Below are positions 48,225-59,868 of a stretch of 64,000 bases of DNA, one piece after another. The first letter of the stretch is position 1; the number at the start of each line of letters is the position of its first letter. The stretch comes from Fimbriosthenelais zetlandica (lineage: Eukaryota): NCBI GenBank assembly GCA_977030845.1, contig OZ365115.1, positions 20,956,001 through 21,020,000 of the forward strand, read 5' to 3'. Under the pieces are notes generated by a model, which was not told the DNA's origin, did not search any database, and was given only the letters and a program-made list of their open reading frames with translations. Both the position numbers and the translations under genes were made by a program.

Positions 48225-49353
48225 ATATGCCCTATACACATTCTGCAGTAACGTGCATGACATGTTACACAACAGGATGCAAAGTAGCAATGTAGCATAT
48301 AGCATGTAGAAGTGACGGACCAAATTCAGGTCTCAATTCTCCCCTAAAAGCAATCCAGTACAAGGCTTGAAACCCATTATATTAGCCATATTACTGAGGG
48401 CAATGCTTGCCCAGCCTGAAAGCGCAATATCCTTGATGTATGGGCCCATCCAGCCACTGCAAGCAAGAACTGAGATGAGTTCCCTGCTGATAAAAACATT
48501 CATAAAAATCACATAAATATCAGGAAAATTGCTTCGAATTATAATATTGAGTGGAGGTGATCAAGGAAATAAATGCGTTTGTGGGGGGAACAGTGAAGCA
48601 GGGTGGGGTCTCACCCAAGATGACGAAGCGACATAAAAATTTGCATAACTAAAGCAGACTGTGGAAAAAGTTAATCCTTTATTTATGCCATATTCATTGC
48701 TTTTATCACCAATGGCCAGTCTAGATATATAATGGTCTAGTTTGGGGAAATAGAAGAGTAGCCTATAATTATGTCTGTCGCTATATTGCATAGGTATTTT
48801 GGCATGGCTTACTGACTTAATATTACAGGCTGTAATACAAATGCTACCATCTTTGCATCTTCTATCTGGTGTGATATAAGCGAAAACTATTTTTTATGAA
48901 CATCTCCTACCGGAATGAATATGGATATGTTCTCTTATTCGACTGGAGATATATGTGTCAGCCAATTTTTAATCGAAATATCATTTTCCACCTGCATTTC
49001 CATACTTTACCCTGGCTTATCCCTAACCCACCCAAGAGACGATAATGTTTTAAAAAGAGAGGGAATTTGTCATATTTCTAATGATGAGATATTAACAGCT
49101 GGAATCGATTGGCAAGGTAATTAGCACCGGTGGTATCCCTTGCCCAGGAGTGACATATTTCATCCTGCAGATTAGATTACAGACATACCCCCTGGGTATT
49201 GATACCCTCTCCCAACGCCAGGCCATTGACAGCCTCTATACCATGGAGGAGAGTGGGAGACAAAGCCCTCCACGGAATGGCCTGGAGGAAGCCTCACAAA
49301 GTCCACACCCGATAACGAGTTCCTCTTACCTCCTCCTACTCCCATCTCACACA

Positions 49354-49371
49354 CTCTCTCTCTCTCTCTCT
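49354..49371. repeat. (CT)n microsatellite
   Basis: Uninterrupted ct run inside a pyrimidine-rich stretch. Confidence 0.85.
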
Positions 49372-50238
49372 TTTACTCTCAGTCTCTCTCCCCTAACACC
49401 ACTACCCATCATCCCTTCATGTTTCCATGGCAACCAATACAACCCCTATATTTCAAATTCGAAAAAAACTGCCACAGAGTTATGTCCTCTAAAGCTTGTT
49501 ATTTTTTGTATTTTTGTAAAATCGCAATAAAAATGGGTGATCAATACTACGGTTGCCTGTTGGATGGCTGGGCGATGCGGTACCCAGGACTGAGGAGATG
49601 GTGCTATAGGCGTTACAGATCCATGCTTCAGATTCATCTTTTTCATAATCTCTTTTCATCTTTTTTTCCCCATCAAAGTCCTCTCTTCAATCTACCGGAA
49701 GTTGCATCAATATATTGGCTGGGAGTTACCAGATCTGGAAATGTAATCCAGGGGGTATTTTTATGAATATATAAAAGCTTATATCTATACATGGTAGCTT
49801 ATCAGTAGATAGTACAGACCAGTATATCTGTACATGGAAGCTGCTATTCAATGTCTTCATAGAATAATTATATAACCAGGTTTACCATTTTTGTATAGTT
49901 TTCCAAAGCACATACATGGGCCAGCAACTTATAATAGTTATTTATACCGTACATGATAGAATCAACATTAAAGTTCTTACACATTACCTCAGCGTTGATT
50001 TTCAGTTCCCCGGCATATTTTATGTGCAGAGACCTCAGGAGCTCGCTTCAAAAGGAATACTCGCCATAGATTTAGCATTGTTAATGCACTGGTTAATGTT
50101 CCCTTTCAAACGTGCCTCTGATATCGCAAAGGTCCAGGCCTTGGCAATGGAACATTGGGACTAATATTATACTGGAGCTCTTCATTGAATCATATTCTAA
50201 TATAGTCGCAATTGTTGCTCTTTATTTCATTAGCCATC

Positions 50239-50601
50239 TTCCCACCACCCAATAACCCACCTTCCCGCCACCCAACAACCCATATTCCCGCCACTCAACA
50301 ACCCATATTCCCGCCACTCAACAACCCATATTCCCGCCACTCAACAACCCATTTTCCCGCCACTCAACAACCCATATTCCCGCCACTCAACAACCCATAT
50401 TCCCGCCAATCAACAACCCATATTCCCGCCACTCAACAACCCATATTCCCACCACCCAACAACCCATATTCCCGCCACTCAATAACCCATATTCCCGCCA
50501 CTCAACAACCCACCTTCCCGCCACTCAACAACCCATATTCCCACCACTCAACAGCCCATATTCCCACCACTCAACAACCCATATTCCCACCACCCAACAA
50601 C
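50239..50601. repeat. Minisatellite, 16 x 23 bp (consensus ttcccgccactcaacaacccata)
   Basis: ttccc(g/a)cca recurs every 23 bp from 50239 to 50584 with no indels; substitutions only. Confidence 0.97.
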
Positions 50602-53600
50602 GTACCACCCACCTCACCATCCACCCCGTGTCAACACCCCTTCCATCCATTCACTCATTCATACCCTCGCCTACAATCACTCATGTATCCCCTCACTCAC
50701 TCATTTACCCAATAAATCTGTCGTCCATGAACCCATTCACCCATCATATTCATTCACTATATAAGAAGCCTACCCTCTCAGTTTACCTTTGGAAACCCAC
50801 TTAAATGGAAGAGGAAGCTGGCACGCAGCACCTGACCGATATTAAATGAATGGGTCCCTCCAACATGAAACTAGTACTAGGTTGTCAGTAGTATAACACA
50901 AGCGATGTTTGATGGAGGCCCGCGCCCTTTTCACTGACTACTTAACACCAGAGCCTGATTACCAGCACTTAAATCACACCGACATCAAACAAGTGTTAGT
51001 TTTCTTCTTAAGTCCTCCTCCTTAATTCCTCTCTCTATCCATCTCTCTCCACATCCTGGCAGTAGCCAGTGACAGGTAAGAACCAGCTTGGTCTGCCTGG
51101 ACTAAATTGTGGGGATAGTTATGGATTGAGGTGGGGCGTGGGGGGTATATGGAAACTCGGGTCATGTTGGACTAGTTTTATTACAAGAAGAACAATGTAC
51201 TGTTATACAAGATTTAGGCCAAATGCCTGCATGATCTGACAGGATTCAGGTAATAATCTTCTACGGTTGAGAATAATGAAGGACATGCCCATTTATTCTG
51301 TATATACACCTATGTTATCCACATTATGGTTTATAGAGAAAAACGAGGGAGGGTGATATCACACTACCTGTCCCGCTTTCCCCCACTGTCCTCACAATTA
51401 CAAGCCTACCCACTTTGGAGATTTTAAGCCCAAGTGGCAGCCTAACTAGCTTAGCAAGCAGTAGCCTTAGGCAAACGCTGTTAGTGACGTCTAATCGGAG
51501 GCCTTAATTCAACGCCAATTTTATTTGTGATTTATTTTTGCGTATTTTAATGGGGCACGCTGCTTGGCGCGCATGCTCGTGAATAGAGCTGCTCGTCTTC
51601 ACGTGTCTATGCGTTTATACAGACATTGGCCGTGCCTACATTTTTCACAGAGGAATGTGTAAAAGTAGCCATCAAAATGATAAAACTATCTACAATTTGG
51701 ACGAAAAAAATGGAAATTTTACTTAGTCACTCGCGCATCCAATCTCTATCCAATGGACTGCTTGCAATGATTCGCAAAAATTCGCAATGATGATGAATTA
51801 TATTGTGAGCATTTTCAAATATTGACAAATAATTGATCGATTGCATAATAGAGATGTTACATGTACACGTATATAATGTGAGACCGGTATATGAAATTAA
51901 TGTGCTTTATCTTTATTATTGTAGGTAATGGCACCAGTAATTTTAATCTATTCATTATCACAGCTGATAATACATAATGATAATGGGGATATAGATTTTA
52001 CTGCATTCTATGGTACACGCTTCTATAACCAGTCTATATACGTATGTCAATATTATATAATGTAACGGTCTGTCTGGTGAACGTCGCTGCATCAGGACCT
52101 AGCTGCTCTCTATAATTTCAGACATTGTATACAATATAAATGCACCGCACACCCGCAGGCCTCCTATAGATCTAGACATTTTCCCTTCTGCCATTTTTAT
52201 TATTACCAGATCCCAGTAGTTGTCTTCAATTTTGAACTTTTCAAATGAACCTTGGCATTACCAAGGCAGCTCAGACATGTGCATTCAAACTTCCACCGAA
52301 TGCCAGACAACTGTTGGCTATGACAAAAAGAAGTTTGAAAAAGAAAACTTAGAAGAAGCTCTTAGAAGAGGAAGATGAAAAAAGGAGAGCATAAAAGTCC
52401 CTTTGCAACCCGACATGTGTTTCTATAGGCAGATACGAATGTAATCTTATAGATTTCCTGTGGGAAGTCTGAAACTTTTGATCGTTTTATCGCTACATGT
52501 TCTTGTATAGTCTTTCTGCCTTCTCTCTGACTTTCGTCTTTTTTCATCCATCTGCCTCACAGACTTTAAGAACGTAATGCAGTCGTGTAAATCCTGATCA
52601 CCCTTGTTCACAGAGAAGCACAAGCCAGCCGGGCAAAGAGCCTGGTACATATAACAAAGCCTGGCCATATACGAACTCACAGGCCATCTTTCTTTTTCCC
52701 CTTTCTCCATAGCTGCATACACAAATGGCGAAACCATTTTTTGTCCCATTCTCTTCATATCGTGATAGACCACGGCTTCTCTTGCTTTTTCCCGCCTTTG
52801 TATATAGAAGTAAGGCAATGGAAGTTACAGTATATCTTAACGCCACTTGTTTCCGACTAATTTCCTTGGGAAACGCGCGCAGGGGGGGAAATCAAGAGCA
52901 GACGACATTTTCTCCTTGCTGGGAAAAAGGGCGCGAATATCGTTCTTTTTTCAGTCATATGCATCTCATACAAAATGATGGATATGCCAGTAGAGTAGGA
53001 GAAACAATAGCTAATTGTTTTTTTTAAATCAGGAAGGCATATGGCCGGGTACAAATTTACTTTGTTTCAAAGTTTCTCCCATAGGAGATTCCTCTGAAGT
53101 ATACAGTTATACTCCCATGTAAAACTTGTAGCCAAGTGCACGTGTGATAGTAAGCATTCTGTATAGTAGTGTCAAATGTAAAATAAATGGAAAAAGTCCA
53201 CACGATATTTTGACTATGTACACGGGCCAAAGATCCAATTGTTTTCGCTAGAAAATAATCTTACTACAGATTGACTACTGTGAATAAGTAACATAGAGTT
53301 CTGTCCTTTTTATTTTGTGTGTGAGAGAGAGGACTTAACCCGGGACGTAACCGGATTGCACCTATATTACCATTCAACAATCAATTTTTGACGAAATTCC
53401 ATGAAATATAAGATATTAATTAAGTTATTGCTTAATATAGATTTAGCAATAAACATCGCCACTCCCATGATGGTATGTGGAATTCTTTTTTGTAAGGATG
53501 CCCTCACGGTTAAAAAAAATCCATGAAAGGTCCTCCCAAAAAGATGAAGCATGGAAAAGAGAGCCATTGTGAAGCAACGGAAAGCTTTGGTCAGGAGATT

Positions 53601-53639
53601 TAGGTGGATCTGAAGCCATTTTGTCTGTTTGTAATTTCA

Positions 53640-54070
53640 TCACTTGGTGGTGATTGATAAAGACCGTGATCCGAGACTTCCGGTGAAGCAGGCGACATTT
53701 TGTCCAGTGGACAGCCCTCGGTCCTTCCCGTCTTTTTTCCCGCCTTCCCGCCGTCCATTCCTCCCCCTTCGCTCCCCTCTCCCGATATACACTCACAGCG
53801 TGCGCGTAAGGGACCCCTCACGAATAACAGCCTTTTATTCCAATCAAGATCCTTTTTTAAGGAAAGACCACTTTTGATTGTGAATTGCAACGGTCTGTCC
53901 AAACGAAAAACTCCCGGATCAACGCCGGCTCTGATATGAATGCTCAGTGAAAAATAAGCGAATAAAATTGGGTCGCGGGATCGCGCAGGGAAAAAAGAGA
54001 TCTGGCCGCCGAGAAAAAAATGGCCGCATGCTTGATAGGAAGCGACTGGGAATCATTTCGGCGAAATCTC
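53640..54070. promoter_or_regulatory. CpG-rich promoter-like segment without an assignable gene
   Basis: Locally dense CpG. ETS ACTTCCGG at 53676-53683, E2F-like TTTCCCGC at 53736-53743 and TTCCCGCC at 53745-53752, YY1 AAAATGGCCGC at 54017-54027. Confidence 0.45.
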
Positions 54071-56401
54071 GCTGTATTCCTAGGGCTCAGGATTCATCAG
54101 GGCTTTCCCAAAATATCCACCAATAACACGCAGATGGGATTTGATATGATATTTGCAAAAATAACCATCGTCACAGGAGAATTGGCAATGGTTTCAAAGG
54201 ATGGTTGATGGAGGTATTGATAAAAAGTGCGCCAAATGATGGGCGGGATTGGCAAGGCGGGTATTGTACGGGAGGAGGGGAGGTAAAGGCGGGCTACATA
54301 CTAGCCATCGCCCGCTCTCCCCTTCTCCTCCTACCTTATACACTGAACGTGACATATCTGGACGTATACCATTATTACAATGCTAATATGTGCCACGTAT
54401 GGTTACCATGGCAACTGATATTGTGTACAAAAAAGAAAACTCCCCGTAGCAATGGAATATGATTGAAGCCATATATAAGGAAGACGGGGAAGCATCTGGA
54501 ATTGAAGCCCATTACTCAGAAGCATTTCCATGAATTCTCACGCTTATCAAGCCAATTTTAGCTTTTGAATTTCCATGACATTAAATTATATTGAAAGATA
54601 ATATAATCTCTGAAAATAGCATTACGGAGTGGTAGGTTATGTAAGCCCCCTTCAGATGAGCCAGTTTCTGGCTAATTTCCTTTCTGCCTTTGAACATTAA
54701 CCCGACACAAAATTTTTCAATATAGGATTTGGCATATTTTAATACACGTTCTCAATAATTATATTCAGTGTATTTTATTTTGGAAGATTTAAATGGATAT
54801 GTATCTTTTGGGAGATATGGCCTTGAAATCTCAATATCCCTAATTCGCACATTTACAACTACAGTGAAATAAAATGACCCAGATTGAGAGGACAAATTGT
54901 GGTAGGATCGCACCATTGACATTTGCTAGTTAATTTACCCCTAGTAACCCAATATTCAACACTGATGGAAGAGAAGCAGAAGGAATGGGAGCGCAGGCGG
55001 GAATATAAGAAAGTGGCTCCATAGAGAGTAATGTGTATGGAGCGTGAGTAGTATAGAGAAAGAGGCGGTAAGCGCTGGCTGCATCTCCCGCCGACCTCAG
55101 CGTTTTTGGCCCGGGCTTGCTATAGGGCCGCCAGGCGGTCTCTATAACTATAGCTCACTTCTGTACTAGACGATATGCAGGGGAAGGGTAAGATATGCAA
55201 GGAAAGGGTGGGAGGGGGTATGAATAAAGGGGTGCTGGATTAGAGGGTGATATGAAACAATAGGCTTTAATGAATAGGCAGTGGTGTGTATAGATGGGGC
55301 ATGTTTTCCAAGAGGAAGATCCTTCTAGACCGGAGGGAGTGTGTATATTCAACTTCAATAACGGAAAAAGTCACTTAGGCATCATTACGGAATGGGGAGC
55401 AGGTTTTTCATTACATTTATATATGGCATGATTTAGAGAAATAACAATTGCTATTCATGTATGTACAAATAGTAGTAGTATAAGCTTGTATAGTTAATGC
55501 GAAGAATCAGCCATGTTTAGGCCTACACATAATGGACCATGTACAACTTCATGGTGATGGCTTTTTCTATACTTATTAGTTTTGCCATTGCAGATAGGAG
55601 TTAAATTCACTGATTTCTAATAAATGATCAGGTGGCAGGGTCTGGTAATGACATATTGTTTTTACATTCAACATTATAATGGACAGTGACAGGAGAGTGT
55701 CATATTATACAAAGATTACATTACAATATTACGAGTCACATGACACCTGACAGGAGCAGGGGAAATCATGATAGAAAAAGGTCATATACCTGGGCCTCCA
55801 ACGTGTAGATTTCAAGCCTCCTTTGTTTTATAATTTGACCATTATTACTTCAAATTATATAATTACTAGGCCACTACCTTGAAATATAGGAGTAAAGGTA
55901 TACATGTCTCAGTCAAGATGTTCTCCCATTTCCTTTCCGGCCTTATTCATTACCTTATGCCATCCTGTCCCTCCCTAATTCTTCCCCTAACCCTCATATC
56001 TATTCCACTTCTTGCTCTATACTTCCCCTCGCTCTGCCATACTCATTTCTTACATACTCATTTCAACTTCTTCCTAACTTCTATTTACCTTTTTTCTTTT
56101 CTGATTGCTGCTTATTTTCTTCTTGCCTTTTTTTCGCCACCTTTGTCTTTATCTTACTCTTTTTCATTTCTACTGTGACAACTACTCACCCCAAATTTTC
56201 TTTTCTGAATGTCATTGTCAAATGTTGGATTTTCCTACACCTATATCGCTGCCACTTTATATTAGCTCAACGTTTATCAAAGTACTATTCTGCCTATTGT
56301 CGCACTACTATATTAACTATAGGATACTTTCCCCTTTCCTGCACCCTTTGCCTACTGCTCTTCATCCCATATACCCATTCTCATATTCCATACAATATCC
56401 T

Positions 56402-56453
56402 AAACTATCCTAAACTCTGAAGACAAAATTGTCTTCAGAGTTTAGGATAGTTT
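56402..56453. repeat. Perfect inverted repeat, 25-bp arms with a 2-nt spacer
   Basis: aaactatcctaaactctgaagacaa-aa-ttgtcttcagagtttaggatagttt. All 25 pairs were checked by hand. Confidence 0.95.
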
Positions 56454-56546
56454 TTTGTAATTTTACATTTTGTCTTTTACTTACATGCATCAATTTCAAT
56501 TTGTATATAAGCATGCCTTTATAAAGCAGCCTCTATATTAAATCAT

Positions 56547-56563
56547 CCCCCCCCCCCCCCCCC
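56547..56563. repeat. C17 homopolymer
   Basis: 17 consecutive C. Confidence 0.9.
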
Positions 56564-59227
56564 ACCCTTATTTTTATTCCCCCGCCTGCTACAGGTGGTT
56601 TAGTGCACTTTCTTCCATTATCGCTCATTCCCGTCGCAACGAGGGAGGGGGTGGAGGAGCGGCAGAAAAAGGTCCCTCTTCTTTATCCGATGGAATTTCC
56701 TCGTCGTCGGCGATAATCAAAGGAGGTAAAACATCCCTCCTCTCCATGACCTAGTTCCGGGCATTCCCAGTTGATCGGTTTTTACCCGGTTGGAATGCAT
56801 TTTAATTACAGGTCTAATACAAAATGGGAAGTGAAGAAGGATGGGATAGTAGTGAAAGAAGGAGGGGAGGGAGGGGGTTGAGATGGAAGTAGGAAGGTAT
56901 GCATATAGCAGCTGAGGAGAAGGGAGCATTATTAAAGGTGGGTGGAATATCTGGTAATGTATGTTATACAATGTATTATACAGGGTGTTGTACATATATG
57001 TAATACTGACCTGAGTTGGATGGGAGTGATTCATTTTGTTGAATTTGGGTTTAAATTTCATGAATTTCAGTCAACATTATTAACAAAGAATGCGAAATAA
57101 AGGAAGAGCAATCCTCCCCACCCCTACTAACTTTGTCTGCTCCTCGAGGGTACCCTGTATGTAGATCTCCTGACCCGATAGGTAAATTAGGCCCTCCCCA
57201 AATTTACCTTCATCAAGTCCTTGCGCAACGATAATATGTCGCCCATCCTTCGCCACCTTATGTAATCAATCTGGCGCGAGGGCTGGGCGAGAGGTGTGCT
57301 TGATTTTAGCTCAGTGTCGTACCTGACAGCGATGCATCCATTTGATATGACCCCACCACGAGCCATTAATTCAGATCCCTCCTTTAATGTTCGCCATCGG
57401 GGACAGCTTTTTCTTTTACGATCTCGAAAATAAATGGCTGTCTTTTTCAGCACTAGTCTGGAAACACTGGCGCAACCGACGCCCCCATTTTCCCTCCCTT
57501 TTGATTGAACTTTTTGAAAATCCCCTCTCCCTCATTTATGGCATGCCCTCGGAAGGTGGTGGCAGTGGAGGAGGAAGAGGAAGAAGATGAGGCATAAAAC
57601 TGTGATGTTTTCCAATTGGCGTGGCCTTATTTTATGTGAGAAATTTTGCTCATCAAAGGTGTGGGGTTTTATTACTCTCTAATATGTGCAACGGTGGCCG
57701 GGCTGGTTGAGTGAAAAAAATGGCACAAGCGAGAATAGAGAGGGTGAGCCATGTTTTGTAACTATAAAAAATAATAACCTAGATTCAGTTGTTGTGACTG
57801 CGAAAGCGTTTTATGCACTGGTATTTTAGTTGTCACTGTTTTATAAGCGCTTGTTATTTAATAGCTGGAATTTGCAAGCAAGAAATGGAACTGGGTGTGC
57901 GCGAGTACATTTTGTTTTTAGATTGGAAATAGCTGGCAGATTTTATGTGGTTATATAGAGCCCTTGTTTTCATTTCACTTAGACTATCGGCTTTGTGTTT
58001 GAAACAAAGCTGATATGTTTTCCTTGTCTGGTATTATAATTTGTTATGCCTATTAATGATGTAATGTCCTAATGGAGATACTTGAACATCATTTACCATT
58101 TACAAATTCAAATATAATTCACTTTAAAAGAGGTTTGATTACAAATATACTAAATGTATATTCGAGTATACATAGGCCTACATGCAAATATATTCAAGAG
58201 AGGTTTTCAAATTCTGCATTACGGAGTGACTTCAAATTTTTAAAAGCTCTACCTCATCCATTTTAAACAATAAGCCTCTAATTTTGCCTATATGATTACT
58301 CCAAGGAGTGTGATTTTAAGGATTTCATTTATCCTCTATTATTGATTGTTTCGGTAACTTGGCACTGTCACCACTTGAGAGAGTCAGTCATTAACATAAG
58401 TAGCTTGCCTCAACCCCTGGATAAATAAATTAAAAATCCATCCCCATATGATATTGGAATTTTGTAATACAATTTGTCCTCCCCGCGCTGGCTCAACAAC
58501 CCCGCCCCCATTGGAAAACATCATTAGCTCTATTAACTAGCTCGGCTGGTGCCAGCCCCATTGTTTCTTGTACATTTCATCATTGCACCACTCGTAAAAA
58601 GGGTGTGAAACATGTCTCCCACGCCCTGCAAATGACCGGTTAAAACGCTCGCGAGCTCCTCTCTTTTTTTATTCTCTACTTTGCCAGGGTTCTTTATGAC
58701 GTGCAAAAATGGCAAAAAAAAGGAAATGGATGAGGCCCGTGCTTCCAAGGATGATATATCTATGCCTCAGCAGCATCCATACCCATGGGTTAGAGGTGGG
58801 TGTGTGAGTGTGGGCATGTGTGTGTGCATCATGTTGAAAGGACCTTTGATAGGAATAAGATGGAGACAATCTCATTTCCAATAGATAACAAGATGCTCTT
58901 TAATTGCGATACCCAACCATGGTGGCGCTATATCTGGGATCGAAGAGAGCACTCCCACTGTTGGCAAAATCAATAACTAGATACTTCATTTTCAAGGACT
59001 TTGATATGAACACCACATTACAAACCTTATTGATACTTCCCAGGCAGACGATCTTCAGCCCTCCTTTATGTGGTGCTTTTTTTAAGTTGCGGGCACTGGT
59101 TGAATTTCAGGCGCGCCTCTTCTTCAGGGAGACCATGTTTTGCGCATGCCCGGGCAGGTACTTGAAGTTTTTTCTTGTCCGATAGACGGATCTGTGGAGG
59201 TTACAAAGTGCAAGAATTATGGAATAT

Positions 59228-59250
59228 GGGAGGGTGGGTGGGTGGGCGGG
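59228..59250 (+). other. G-quadruplex motif with six G3 tracts and 1-nt loops
   Basis: GGGAGGGTGGGTGGGTGGGCGGG. Confidence 0.65.
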
Positions 59251-59846
59251 TGGATGCAATGCAAGAAGTGGTTTGGTTGGTGTGGATTGGGGAAATGGAA
59301 AGCCAGAAGATGACATGTTGGCCAATATCATACATGTATAATATAATAGATACATGTAGTTTATATCATAGTATTATAGACTAGCGTATTGCAAACTACA
59401 GTCTGTTCCGAAACTACAGTACATAATTGTATGGTGGTTTCGGATCAACTTAGAATGAACAGACTGTAGTAATCTCTATTTTCTCGCCATCTTTGCCATA
59501 ACTGAATAAGCATTTTTATATACTACTTAGTGACTCTCTCTAATATTGATTGTCTCTCATTGTAAATGATCTATATAAAATGCCTATGTGCATGAATTAT
59601 AATATAAAACTTACCATACATTGATATGGTAGAAAAGGAAACTAATAGAACCGAGTACAGATTAGGCTATATACTTTCAGTGATACTTGCAGTGACATGC
59701 AGCTCAGTGTCGAAAAGATTAATAAGAGATTTGCCTTCACTGTATTGTACCTAGAATATTCCCCTCATGCATGTCACGAGGGGCAGGGACTTGTATTATT
59801 ATTGCAAGTTTCATTAAGCCTAGCCTAGCCGTAGGTCGTGAGGTGA

Positions 59847-59868
59847 GGGATTAGGGTGAGGGCTTGGG
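59847..59868 (+). other. Telomere-like G-quadruplex motif
   Basis: GGGATTAGGGTGAGGGCTTGGG. Confidence 0.5.

Noticed and set aside
49796-49806. TAGCTTATCAG, identical to the first 11 nt of miR-21
   Set aside because: The match is short, there is no hairpin, and miR-21 is a vertebrate family. It lies within a small local duplication.
50212-50715. 167-aa Pro/Gln/Asn repeat ORF, and the array as a possible CRISPR
   Set aside because: A 23-bp unit with no stop in any frame produces the cycling peptide. The units are contiguous with no unique spacers, and there are no cas genes.
55879-56420. Three overlapping Phe/Leu/Ser-rich ORFs that look membrane-like
   Set aside because: They are a by-product of a pyrimidine-rich tract, which rarely contains stop codons.
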